Part shown: in pieces, positions 17,265 to 26,674 of the stretch
How positions within the stretch are numbered: the first letter of the stretch is position 1
Layout of the letters: each line of letters opens with the position of its first letter
Assembly: GCA_023387695.1 (NCBI GenBank)
Contig: JAEWHT010000025.1
Span: forward strand, 17,453-81,452
Origin: Pseudomonadota bacterium
Lineage (GTDB): Bacteria; Pseudomonadota; Alphaproteobacteria; Rhizobiales; Xanthobacteraceae
Reading direction: 5' to 3'
DNA: 64,000 nt
Made by a program: the position numbers and the translations under genes
The notes under the pieces: generated by a model
What the model was told of the DNA's origin: nothing
Database searches by the model: none
What the model saw: the letters and a program-made list of their open reading frames with translations, nothing else

Positions 17265-18701
17265 CTAGACGCCCAGCGCCTTGCGGTTGAGCGTTCGCAG
17301 GAAACGCAACGACAGCGTCCGCACGTTGGCGACATTCAGCAGCCACGCCGTGGCGACGTAGGCGAAGCCGCCTGCGAGACTGACGACGACAAGCGCCACG
17401 AAGCCGGTGCCGCTGACTTGCGAGCGCGCAACGAGGATCGCAACGGCCATGGCCGCAGCGGACGCGGCAACACCGGCGAGCCGGTTGCCATCGAACGGCA
17501 CGGGATGGGCGCGATGCATCAGTACGACGGCGACGACGAGGCCGATCGCCTCGGTCGCGAGCGTTGCCAGCGCGGCGCCATTGAGGCCGTAGCCTGCAAC
17601 CAGCCCGACCATCAGCGCCACGCTCACGATCAGCGTGAGGAACGACTGCGCCGCCAGCATGAAGGGCCGCTCGGCAAGCTGGAAGCTGATTTGCACATAG
17701 AACTGGTTGGCGATGCCGAAGAAGCGGGCGAGCACCAGCGTCGGCAGCAGCGCCGACACACCGGCGCGGAAATCGACGCCAACGAGCGTGCCGGCGACCT
17801 GGTCGGCAGCGAGCGCAAGCCAGACCGCGACGGGCGCGACGACGACGAGCAGCAGTTCGAGGCTTTCCGTCAGGCGCTCCCGCGTCGTCTCCTTGTTCTT
17901 CTCCGACAGTGACCGGAACACCAGCGGCACGGTGGCTGCGGCCACGCTGGAGGCGATCATCACCATGAACTGGCGCGGCAGGTCGGCGGCGACGCCGAAA
18001 ATGCCGGCGGCATCCTTGCCGAGCAGCCATGCGACGATGAGCCGATCACTGGTTGAGTAGAGCGCGACCGAAAGGCCCGCCAGCGTCAGCGGCAAGCCAT
18101 AACGCGCCAGTTGCATGAACTGGTCACGCTGGAAACGCGCGATCCGGGTGCGATCGCCGACGAGATTGAGAATGATGCCGGTCAGCGAACCCAGGCCGAA
18201 CGCCGCGAGCAGGCCCATGCCGCCCCAGCCGAGCCAGACACCGAGCAGGCCGAATCCGACGCTCGACACGCTTCGGACGATCGAGATCATAGCGAACCGA
18301 TAGGGACGCAGCTTGGCGCGCTCGAACTCCTGGCCGACATCGACCGCGTTGGACATGATCGCGACGAACATGCTGGCGAGCACCAGCTCGACGCTGACGT
18401 CGCTGCGGAACAGGAACACCAGCGGGGTCGCAGCGCACATCGCGACGACCGTCAGTGCGAAGCCGACCATCGCGGTGCCACGAAAATCCACCTCCGCCGA
18501 CATCGCCTGGTAGCGTGACACCGACAGCTTTATCCAGGCGAAGAAGATCGCGCCCAGAATGCTGGCGATGCTGATGCCGACGACATAGACGCCATACTCT
18601 GCCGGCGTCAGCAGCCGCGTGTAGGCGGTGACCGCGAAGAATCCCACCACCGCAGGCAGGATGTAGGCGACGAGATAAATGGAGAAATGGCGATTCAGCA
18701 T
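17265..18701 (-). CDS. polysaccharide flippase (Wzx/PST, MOP superfamily)
   Basis: About 12-14 hydrophobic segments. N-terminus MLNRHFSIYLVAYILPAVVGFFAVTAYTRLLTPAEYG is typical of PST-family O-antigen/EPS flippases. Confidence 0.75.
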   Translation of the reverse strand: MLNRHFSIYLVAYILPAVVGFFAVTAYTRLLTPAEYGVYVVGISIASILGAIFFAWIKLSVSRYQAMSAEVDFRGTAMVGFALTVVAMCAATPLVFLFRSDVSVELVLASMFVAIMSNAVDVGQEFERAKLRPYRFAMISIVRSVSSVGFGLLGVWLGWGGMGLLAAFGLGSLTGIILNLVGDRTRIARFQRDQFMQLARYGLPLTLAGLSVALYSTSDRLIVAWLLGKDAAGIFGVAADLPRQFMVMIASSVAAATVPLVFRSLSEKNKETTRERLTESLELLLVVVAPVAVWLALAADQVAGTLVGVDFRAGVSALLPTLVLARFFGIANQFYVQISFQLAERPFMLAAQSFLTLIVSVALMVGLVAGYGLNGAALATLATEAIGLVVAVVLMHRAHPVPFDGNRLAGVAASAAAMAVAILVARSQVSGTGFVALVVVSLAGGFAYVATAWLLNVANVRTLSLRFLRTLNRKALGV

Positions 18702-19077
18702 GCGTGCACGGGACCGGCGGCCTTGAAATCGAGCGGCCGTTAATCAGTTGGACCTTGGCTTGCCAGTTAAGGGTTCGCGATCGGACGGCGCCGCAGCATC
18801 CCCCAAGATAGTCATTTAAGTCTGGAGATAGGCCGCCGAATAAGCCGGCCCCACCGCTTTCGCGCGTTAGCGTTAAATTTGCCCTGTCCTTGAATGGGCC
18901 GCCGCGATCACCGAAAAGAAACCATGATTTTAAAGACGTCGCCCGGCTTTTGGTTAATGCGTGGACGCAACTGATATGGACGTTGTCGACAATTTACAGG
19001 CTATTCCGGCCTCCCTGCCCCATGGCGGGACGGATGCGTCCCTGGTTCCGGCGTCCCCTGCGGACGGCAGCGAGCGG

Positions 19078-20064
19078 ATGACGCTCAACCTGTTCTTCGA
19101 GGAGCGAGACGACCGTTGGTTCCCCGGCGATCGCCGCATCCGGCCAGTGCTGCGGCGGATGCTGCTCGGCAAGTCCTGGATCAGCGGCCAGAAGCGCGTG
19201 TTTCTCAATCTCTGTGCCGGCCTCGACCGGGTCGGCATCCGCTATCGCATCAACGATTATGGCTACATCCGCAAACACCCTGAAGAGCTCGCCTGCATCA
19301 TCGGGCGCCCCTTCGTGCTCGACTGGTTCGCATGGAAGAACCCGTTGCTGCTCGGGGTCGCCATGTACAATCATCCGGTCGAAGTGCCGGCGCGCCGCCA
19401 GGAGCTGAATGCGAAGACGATCCTCGTGCCCTGCGCCTGGTACGCCGACATGTGCCGACCATACTGGCCTGACGTTGAGATCTGGCCGGTCGGCATCGAG
19501 ACCGATCTATGGACGCCTTCGCCTGCCGACCAGAAGAGCGTCGACGTTCTCCTCTACGACAAGGTACGCTGGGAGCACGAGCGCTACGAGGGCGAACTGA
19601 TCGAGCCGATCCGCCGGCATCTCGAAACGAGCGGGCGCTCGGTCGAGGTGATCCGCTACGGCCACTACAAGGAAGACGACTACAAGGCGGCGCTGGCGCG
19701 CTGCCGCAGCATGGTCTTCCTCTGCGAGCATGAGAGCCAGGGCATTGCCTGCCAGCAGGCGCTGTCGAGCGGCGTTCCCGTGTTCGCCTGGGATCGCGGC
19801 GGCCCGTGGCAGGACCCGGAGTATTTTCCGGACCGGGTGAGATACGAAGGCGGCGTGACGTCCGTGCCCTATTTCGATGCACGCTGCGGCAGCAAGTTCG
19901 GCGACGCAGCCGACTTCATCTCCAACTGGAGCGACTTCTGGTCGCGTATCGAGGCTGGCGACTTCGCGCCTCGCGATTATGTGATGGACAACCTCACGCT
20001 CGAAAAGGGCGCACTTCACTATTACGGGATCGCTGAAGCGGTCATGCAGCGTCAGGCGCGCTGA
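19078..20064 (+). CDS. hypothetical protein with a GT-B (GT1/GT4-like) C-terminal half
   Basis: The C-terminal pattern VDVLLYDK...MVFLCEHESQGIACQQALSSGVPVFAWD resembles the E-x7-E/nucleotide-sugar half of GT-B enzymes. The start is uncertain (GTG 18961 or ATG 18976 also in frame). Confidence 0.5.
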   Translation: MTLNLFFEERDDRWFPGDRRIRPVLRRMLLGKSWISGQKRVFLNLCAGLDRVGIRYRINDYGYIRKHPEELACIIGRPFVLDWFAWKNPLLLGVAMYNHPVEVPARRQELNAKTILVPCAWYADMCRPYWPDVEIWPVGIETDLWTPSPADQKSVDVLLYDKVRWEHERYEGELIEPIRRHLETSGRSVEVIRYGHYKEDDYKAALARCRSMVFLCEHESQGIACQQALSSGVPVFAWDRGGPWQDPEYFPDRVRYEGGVTSVPYFDARCGSKFGDAADFISNWSDFWSRIEAGDFAPRDYVMDNLTLEKGALHYYGIAEAVMQRQAR

Positions 20065-20131
20065 CAAGACCGTTCACGAAAGTTAACCCAACAACAGGAA
20101 ACAGCGGCGTCGCGAGGCGCCGCTTGGTACG

Positions 20132-21232
20132 ATGGCGCGTTGGTTCCGGAAGGACGTGTGCCACGTGACGAAGCTCGACAGACGCGAATTTCTCCTCGGC
20201 AGCGCTGCAACCCTCGCGGCGGGCGCATCGGCGTCGGCACTGCCGGTGTCGAAACTGGCACAGCGCCGCCCGGGCTTTGGCGCCGCGGCCACACTCTGGG
20301 ATTTGCAGGCCGAACCACGGCTCGGCGAGGCCATCAGCACCTATTGCACCCAGGTCGTGCCGGTGCTCGAGCTGAAATGGCCGATGCTGCGGCCGGATGC
20401 GCACACCTTCGCCTTCGAGCGTGCCGACGCCATCTACGATTTCGCGCAGAAGAACGATTTGACCATGCGCGGCCACACACTCGCCTGGTATTACGACATT
20501 CCGGACTGGACCAAGCAGATCAAGGATTCGAAGGGCGTCGAGCGGGCCTATGTCGACCACATCAACACGGTCGTGTCCTACTACAAGGACAAGCTGACCT
20601 CGTGGGACGTCGTCAACGAGCCCATCCCCGACAATCCCAAGAGCATCAAGGACCGGCGCGATACGTTCTGGACGCAGCATCTCGGCGATCGCTGGATTCC
20701 GCTGGCGTTCCGCACGGCGGCGGCAGCCGATCCCTACGTCAAGCTCGCGATCAACGAATACGACATCGAATCGGCGAAGGACTCCTTCATCGCCAAACGC
20801 GCCGCCTATCGCAACCTCATCATGGACCTGCTCGACCAGGGCGTTCCCTTGCACGCGGTCGGGCTGCAATCGCATCTGCATGCCGAGCTCGAGATCGACA
20901 CCCATGGCCTCGCCGAGTTCGTCACGGAAGTACGAGGCTGGGGCCTCGAGGTCTTCGTCACTGAGCTCGACGTCGACGATCAGAAGCTGACGGGCAATCC
21001 AGCTGAGCGCGATGCCATCGTGGCCAAGCGTGTCGACGATCTCCTGACAGCGATCTCGACAAGCGGACCCGTGCGCTCGATCCTGACCTGGGGGATCTCT
21101 GATCGCTACAGCTGGATCAACGGCACCTTCAAACGCGCGGACAAGCAGCCGAACCGCCCCCTGCCGCTCGACGGCGAGTTCAAGCCGAAGCCGTTCATGG
21201 ACGTGATCAGCAAATTCACGAAGGACGCGTGA
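20132..21232 (+). CDS. Tat-exported glycoside hydrolase family 10 (xylanase-fold glycanase)
   Basis: Twin-arginine motif DRREFLLGSAA. GH10 acid/base context WDVVNEP and nucleophile context VTELDV are present. The start may be the GTG at 20165. Confidence 0.8.
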   Translation: MARWFRKDVCHVTKLDRREFLLGSAATLAAGASASALPVSKLAQRRPGFGAAATLWDLQAEPRLGEAISTYCTQVVPVLELKWPMLRPDAHTFAFERADAIYDFAQKNDLTMRGHTLAWYYDIPDWTKQIKDSKGVERAYVDHINTVVSYYKDKLTSWDVVNEPIPDNPKSIKDRRDTFWTQHLGDRWIPLAFRTAAAADPYVKLAINEYDIESAKDSFIAKRAAYRNLIMDLLDQGVPLHAVGLQSHLHAELEIDTHGLAEFVTEVRGWGLEVFVTELDVDDQKLTGNPAERDAIVAKRVDDLLTAISTSGPVRSILTWGISDRYSWINGTFKRADKQPNRPLPLDGEFKPKPFMDVISKFTKDA

Positions 21233-21236
21233 AGGC

Positions 21237-22187
21237 CTACCGCGTTTTGGGCGTCTCGAACGCGGTCGTGTCGCCCATGTGATCGGGCGACAGGCTCGGA
21301 CCGCGGCGGTCGCGCGAGTTCAGGCGGAAGACATCGCGGATGTCGTCGATCGAGGTCGACGAATACGACTGGATGCACAGCGCGACCTGCTCGGACGACG
21401 CAGCTTCCATCATCGTTTCGATCGCCGCACGATCGAGGCGGGTATCATCCCAGTGCGAAACGGCGATGCTGTCTTCGGTCACCCGGTGTCGCGCCAGATG
21501 CTCCGGCGAGTTCGCGACGAAGTTTCCGTACATCAGATACTCGGAGAACTTCTTCTTCCGGCACAGCGCCAGCGCCCAGCTCAAACCCGTCGCCGATTTG
21601 ATGGCGTCGGTCATCGCGCGCGCGGTGTCCTTGTCCCAGACCAGCGCATTGCCGACATAGTCATCGGCAGGGAAGGTGCGGTTCTTGATCCCGAGAAGCT
21701 GATCGACCGTATTGAGCCACAGCACATGCAGGGGATGATCGGCATCGATCCCGTTGCGGGTCACGAACAGCGGCGTCTTCTCGGTGCCCGCATATTGGCC
21801 GACGTCGAATTCGCGGAAGAACAGATTGTCCGAATCCAGAATGCAGACGCGCTGCTCGGGCGCATTGAGCACGCCGGCGATCTTCAGGATCTGCTGGATG
21901 TGCCAACCATGAACGGGCGACGACAGCAGCGACAGCCAGACGCGACGGCTGCTGATGAACTGAAGCGCAGGCGGCAGCGCCCAGAGCCATTTCGGCAGGT
22001 AACGCGAGGCCGGAACGATGACGCGCTTGTCGGACGCGAACCGCTCGAACAGCGGCACGTCCTCATCGTTAACAAGAACATAATGCCGCGTGTAACCCGT
22101 CAACCAGGTGTCGATGCTCTCGCTGAGCAGCGAGAAGCGCTCGATGTCCTTGGCGTAGCTGGCGGTCAGCAGGGCAACGGAATGCAT
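21237..22187 (-). CDS. hypothetical protein, possible GT-A-like (DxD) polysaccharide-associated protein
   Basis: Good codon bias over 316 aa. CILDSDNLFF is a DxD-like motif. It sits next to the flippase, GT and glycanase genes. Confidence 0.6.
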   Translation of the reverse strand: MHSVALLTASYAKDIERFSLLSESIDTWLTGYTRHYVLVNDEDVPLFERFASDKRVIVPASRYLPKWLWALPPALQFISSRRVWLSLLSSPVHGWHIQQILKIAGVLNAPEQRVCILDSDNLFFREFDVGQYAGTEKTPLFVTRNGIDADHPLHVLWLNTVDQLLGIKNRTFPADDYVGNALVWDKDTARAMTDAIKSATGLSWALALCRKKKFSEYLMYGNFVANSPEHLARHRVTEDSIAVSHWDDTRLDRAAIETMMEAASSEQVALCIQSYSSTSIDDIRDVFRLNSRDRRGPSLSPDHMGDTTAFETPKTR

Positions 22188-22282
22188 GATGCGTGCTCAA
22201 TTGGCGATCGAGCTTCACTCATACAAGCGACGGCAGATGTTGGAAACTTCGATTCGCAATCAAGGTAAAATGAAACGATTCG

Positions 22283-23077
22283 TTAGCCATCCGACGGCAG
22301 CCCCTGCGCGATGCCGCGAAAGCGCAGCGGCGCCAGCGACGATGCGCGCTGCCACCAATCGGCGACGCGGTCGTCGAGCGCCGTCACGCCGCGGCCTTGC
22401 CCTGGAAAGATCCGGATCTGCTGCACGGCTTCCGCCTCGAACCCCTTGCCCCTGCGCGTGATCTTGAGCGCGGCACCTTCACGATCACGCTGCGTCAGCG
22501 GCACCAGCAGCCGGCCGCGCGGACGGAGCGAGTCAAGCCAGAGCGAATGCGGATGCGAGAAACCCGCATGCGCGATAATCACGTCCGCCGGCTCGCCGAT
22601 GTCCTGACACCCGTCGCCGTGGATAACCCTGACGTTGGGATAGGCGTGAAGATAGCTCGCCGCGCGTGATGCAAGCCGCGCGTCGCATTCGATCGCCTGG
22701 ACGCTGCCCTTTGGGCCGACGATCTCCGACAGAATCGCCGAGAAATAGCCAAGCCCGCAACCGACCTGGATCACGCGATCCTTCGCACTGACGCCGAGCA
22801 CGTCGATGAAATGCGCCCACAAGCTCGGCAAGCCCGTGTCGAGCTTGCGGCGCGCGTCGATGGCGACGAGCACATTGTCGTAGAGATGGACGGGGTCCGC
22901 GTCAGGCGTCAGGCGGTAGCTGCGCGCCGCCTCGCTCTTGATGCGCCACGGGCCCTTGGCGAGAAAATCTTCACGCGGCACCGTCGCGAGGGCCTTGAGC
23001 AGGCGGGGCGAAGAAATCCGCTCCCGCTTCGCGATCGACGCGACGTAGCGTGAACGCGCCGCGGACAGATCGCTCAT
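22283..23077 (-). CDS. protein-L-isoaspartate O-methyltransferase (Pcm)-like SAM methyltransferase
   Basis: VPREDFL, then the SAM motif VIQVGCGLGYFSAILSE, then GRLLVPL. The ATG overlaps the stop of the upstream STAND gene (ATGA at 23074-23077). Confidence 0.75.
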   Translation of the reverse strand: MSDLSAARSRYVASIAKRERISSPRLLKALATVPREDFLAKGPWRIKSEAARSYRLTPDADPVHLYDNVLVAIDARRKLDTGLPSLWAHFIDVLGVSAKDRVIQVGCGLGYFSAILSEIVGPKGSVQAIECDARLASRAASYLHAYPNVRVIHGDGCQDIGEPADVIIAHAGFSHPHSLWLDSLRPRGRLLVPLTQRDREGAALKITRRGKGFEAEAVQQIRIFPGQGRGVTALDDRVADWWQRASSLAPLRFRGIAQGLPSDG

Positions 23078-26000
23078 TTCGCCGCATCGGCCTGCGGACG
23101 CGCGGGCGTGTCGCCCCCGAGTTCATGCACCAGTTGCATCGCCAGCTTCAAGTCCGGCGTCAGGAAGCCTTCATTGAACCTACCGACGATCGGCACGAGC
23201 AGAAGGCTCGCATGTTCGCGCTTGCCCGCCTCGTGCGACAGACGCGCGAGGCTGACGGCCGTTCTGAGTTCCCAGGACAACGCGCCCTGCTTGCGCGCCG
23301 TCTCCAGCGACAGGTCGAACAGATCTTCCGCCTCCTGCACCGAGCCCGGATTGCCGTCTGACAGGATGATCTCGCCTTGCAGGCGATAGACTTCGGCGAG
23401 GTAGGAGTGATCGCCCGTCCGTCTTGCGGTCGCCAGCGCACCATCCAGCGCGCGCAAGGCCGCATCGCGCATGCCGACCTTGGCATAGGCCTCGGCGAGC
23501 AGGCAGCGGAACCAGCAACCTGCAAGCCAAGAATCCATCGCCTCGTATTCGTCGAGCCCAAACCGCATCTGGCTGATGCCTTCGTCGGCCTCGCCGAGCT
23601 GCGCCAGTGCCCAGCCACGCAGGATCGCGGCCTGCTGCTTCCAGTGCAGGAAGTTATGCTCGGTAGCGATGATCATGGCGCGGTTGGCGTGGTCGCGCGT
23701 GCCCTCGATATCGCGCAAATGCTGGCAGAGATAGGCCCCGAACACCAAAGCGAAGGCGAGCGAGAAAGGATGGCGAATCTTTTCCGCATGCTGGATCGCC
23801 TGCTCGCTGTGCTGCCGTGCCGCGTCGGGCTGGCCGAGGAACCAGAGGAGATAGCCGAGATAGGACAGCGAGACGACGCCGGGATCGGTGCCGTGACGCT
23901 CCATCAGATCGGAGTGCAGATCGGGACTATAAAGACTGACGCAGCGGTGCAGATGGTGCTGCGCGGCGGCAAAGCGCCCGCGATAAAGCATGGTCATCGC
24001 GATCGAGCGATGCGCCTCGATCAGGTAACCAGTCTGCTGTGCCGGGAGTGTCCGCTCGTTGAGCCGCTCGCGCTTGGCGAATTTCAATAGCTCGACGCTG
24101 AGATCATGCGCGCGCGTCAGATCGGCGCGGATGAAATGACAGACCCAGAGCCCGCGTGTGGCGGCAAAGGCCTTTTCGTCGTCATCGAGCTGCTGGCCGA
24201 GCTCGAGGGCGCGGATGTAGTTCTCCTCTACCTCCTGCACCGCGTAGCCCTTGGCCGCGATCAGCGCATTGCCGAGCGCGATGCGCAGTTCGAGTTCCAT
24301 CTCGTCGGCGCCCTGCATCCGGGCATTGGCCTGCACGACACTGAGGCCGCGACGCAGATGACCGATCGCTTCGAGATTGGCGCCGCTTTTCGCGGCCTGC
24401 TTGCCGGCCTTGAGCCAGAAGCTTGCTGCGCCCTCGCTCTGGCCGGATTCAGTGAGGTGATGAGCCAGCAGCTCCGGCTCGCGCTCGGTCTTCTCCGGAT
24501 ACATGTCGGCAAGAACGAGGGCGATGCTGGCGTGCAGCTTGCGCCGCTCGCTATGCAACAGGCTCGCATGCGCCGCATTCTGGATCATCACGTGCTTGAA
24601 CGAGTAGAGCGCATCGGGCGGATGGCCGCGGCGCATGATCAGCCCGGCCTCCTCCAGATGCGTCAGCGCCGCCTCGATCTGCTCGGCCGGCGTGTTGGCA
24701 ACCGCGTGCAGGGTCTCGTAGGAAAACTCGCGGCCGATCGTGGCACCAATCTGCGCGATCCGCTTGAACGGACCCATCCGGTCGAGACGCGCCATCAGCG
24801 AGTCCGTCAAGGTCGCCGGGATCGCGAGCTGCCGCCACGGGCCTGAGAGCACGTAGCGCCCGTGCCGCTCGGTCAGGAGGTTGGATTCGAGAACCGTCTT
24901 GGTTAGCTCTTCCAGGAACAGCGGAACGCCGTCGGTCTTGACGATGATCTCCTCAACCACCTCCTTGGGCAATTCGCGCCCCGCGACGCGCTCGACGAGC
25001 GTGGTGCGCAAGGGACGGCTCAGGCGGTTCAGCACGAGCGTGGTGATGTGCGAATGTGCATTCCAGCTCGGATGGAATTCGGAGCGCGCCGTGATGATCG
25101 CGAGAATCTGCTGGTTCTGCACCCGGTCGACCAGGAGATCGACCACCTCGCGTGAGGTCGGATCAATCCAGTGCAAATCCTCGAAGGCCATCACCAGCGG
25201 CATCTCGCGTGCGAGGCCCAGGAAATGATTGACCAGCGCGGCGACGGTCGCATCCTTCTGCTGCTGGGGCGACAGATCGAGCGGCGGATAACGTTCGCCC
25301 GTTGGAATCGATAGCAGCGCGGCAAACAGCGGCGTGACCTGTTCGATATCACCGTGAGCCGCGGCAATGGCCGTCTCCAGGCTCGCCAGTGACAGCGCCG
25401 ACACATCTTCGCGATCGAGACCGAGCGAGAACTTGAGCTGCTCGACGAAGGGATAGAAAGCGGTCGAGGTGTAATAAGGCGAGCACTGGAACGAGACCTG
25501 TCCATGCCGGTCGCCCGAGATCCGCTCGAAGATTTCCTGGATGATGCGCGACTTGCCGATGCCGGGCTCGCCGAACTTGACGACGACCTGGCCGTCGCCT
25601 TCCTTGACCTGCTGCCAGCGCCCCATCAGCAGCGCGATTTCTTCCTCGCGATTGACGAGCGGGGTGAGCCGCGTGCCCATGGCCGCGGCAAAGCGGGTCT
25701 CCACGCGCGTGGCGCGCACGACGTGCCAGGCTTGCGTCTTTTCCGAGATGCCCTTCAACGTTTGGGCACCGAGATTGCGGTAATCGAACTTGCCCTTCAG
25801 CAAGGATTGCGTCGAGGCGGAGATCACCACGCCGTTGGGCGGCGCCAGCGCCTGCAGGCGCGCGGCGAGATTGACGGTCTCGCCGACCGCGGAATCGCGC
25901 TCTTCGGTACCCTGGCCGACGAGGTCGCCGACCACGACGAGGCCGGTTGCGATCCCGATGCGGACGGCAGGCGCGTGGCTGAGTGCGCCGCGCGGCTCGA

Positions 26001-26538
26001 TCGCGCGCGCGGTCGAGAGCACCCGCACGATCTCGAGACCGGCGCGCACCGAGCGCTCGGCATCGTCCTCATGCGCGGTCGGATAGCCGAAATAAACCAG
26101 AATGCCGTCGCCGACGAAGCGGGCGGCAAAGCCTTCGTAATGCTTGACGACGCGCACGCAGGTCTCGCGGAAGCTCGCGATCATGTCGCGCACGTCTTCC
26201 GGATCGAACTGAGCCGACAGCGCAGTGGAATCCACCATGTCGCAGAACATGGTGGTGAGCTGACGCCGCTCCGCACCAACCTCCGCACGAGTCGGCGGAC
26301 GCGCGGGCGCGACCGGCGGCTCCGCCACCTCGGCCTGAAACAGCGCGGCCATCGCCCGCTGCAATCGCTTGCGATCGCCGAGTGGCAGTCCGAGTTCGGC
26401 AAGATCAGCCTCGGTCAGGTCGCCCATGACGTCGAGATCGAGACGGTGCTGCGCGAACAGATCGGTATAATGGCCAAGACCGATGCCTTCGAGCCAGCGC
26501 TTCAGCCCGACTTCAGTCTCCGGCTCTTTCTCCAGCAT
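23074..26538 (-). CDS. SAM-domain / class III cyclase / STAND P-loop NTPase (AAA_16-like) / TPR multidomain signalling protein
   Basis: N-terminal sterile-alpha-motif pattern (WLEGIGLGHYTDLF..LTEADLAELGLPLGDRKRL). Cyclase motifs TTMFCDMVDST, RFVGDGILVYF and RIGIATG. Walker A is GEPGIGKSR (about 25546-25572) and Walker B-like is LVMAFEDLHWID. The C-terminal ~500 aa are TPR-like helical repeats. Confidence 0.9.
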   Translation of the reverse strand: MLEKEPETEVGLKRWLEGIGLGHYTDLFAQHRLDLDVMGDLTEADLAELGLPLGDRKRLQRAMAALFQAEVAEPPVAPARPPTRAEVGAERRQLTTMFCDMVDSTALSAQFDPEDVRDMIASFRETCVRVVKHYEGFAARFVGDGILVYFGYPTAHEDDAERSVRAGLEIVRVLSTARAIEPRGALSHAPAVRIGIATGLVVVGDLVGQGTEERDSAVGETVNLAARLQALAPPNGVVISASTQSLLKGKFDYRNLGAQTLKGISEKTQAWHVVRATRVETRFAAAMGTRLTPLVNREEEIALLMGRWQQVKEGDGQVVVKFGEPGIGKSRIIQEIFERISGDRHGQVSFQCSPYYTSTAFYPFVEQLKFSLGLDREDVSALSLASLETAIAAAHGDIEQVTPLFAALLSIPTGERYPPLDLSPQQQKDATVAALVNHFLGLAREMPLVMAFEDLHWIDPTSREVVDLLVDRVQNQQILAIITARSEFHPSWNAHSHITTLVLNRLSRPLRTTLVERVAGRELPKEVVEEIIVKTDGVPLFLEELTKTVLESNLLTERHGRYVLSGPWRQLAIPATLTDSLMARLDRMGPFKRIAQIGATIGREFSYETLHAVANTPAEQIEAALTHLEEAGLIMRRGHPPDALYSFKHVMIQNAAHASLLHSERRKLHASIALVLADMYPEKTEREPELLAHHLTESGQSEGAASFWLKAGKQAAKSGANLEAIGHLRRGLSVVQANARMQGADEMELELRIALGNALIAAKGYAVQEVEENYIRALELGQQLDDDEKAFAATRGLWVCHFIRADLTRAHDLSVELLKFAKRERLNERTLPAQQTGYLIEAHRSIAMTMLYRGRFAAAQHHLHRCVSLYSPDLHSDLMERHGTDPGVVSLSYLGYLLWFLGQPDAARQHSEQAIQHAEKIRHPFSLAFALVFGAYLCQHLRDIEGTRDHANRAMIIATEHNFLHWKQQAAILRGWALAQLGEADEGISQMRFGLDEYEAMDSWLAGCWFRCLLAEAYAKVGMRDAALRALDGALATARRTGDHSYLAEVYRLQGEIILSDGNPGSVQEAEDLFDLSLETARKQGALSWELRTAVSLARLSHEAGKREHASLLLVPIVGRFNEGFLTPDLKLAMQLVHELGGDTPARPQADAAK

Positions 26539-26595
26539 GGTGATTCCGCCCCCACACTCCCACCGCCAAAGGGCTTAAGGTCCCTCAACCACAGA

Positions 26596-26609
26596 TTTTG
26601 GGGCCAAAA
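26596..26609. promoter_or_regulatory. 6-2-6 palindrome TTTTGG-GG-CCAAAA in the divergent STAND/NRPS intergenic region
   Basis: Read directly from the sequence. Any function is unproven. Confidence 0.2.
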
Positions 26610-26674
26610 CTTCACCTCAGACTGGACGCGTTCCCTAACTCTTGGGAAGAATAGCCCAATCGGATCAAAAGGGA

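Noticed and set aside
18890-19081. 63-aa ORF in the flippase/GT divergent region
   Set aside because: It is Arg/Pro-rich with atypical codons and no SD. It most likely lies within promoter and leader DNA.
20103-20124. Hairpin agcggcg-N8-cgccgct between the GT-like gene and the GH10 gene
   Set aside because: It has a 7-bp stem without a T-tract, and the two genes are co-directional with a 67-bp gap. That is insufficient to call a terminator.
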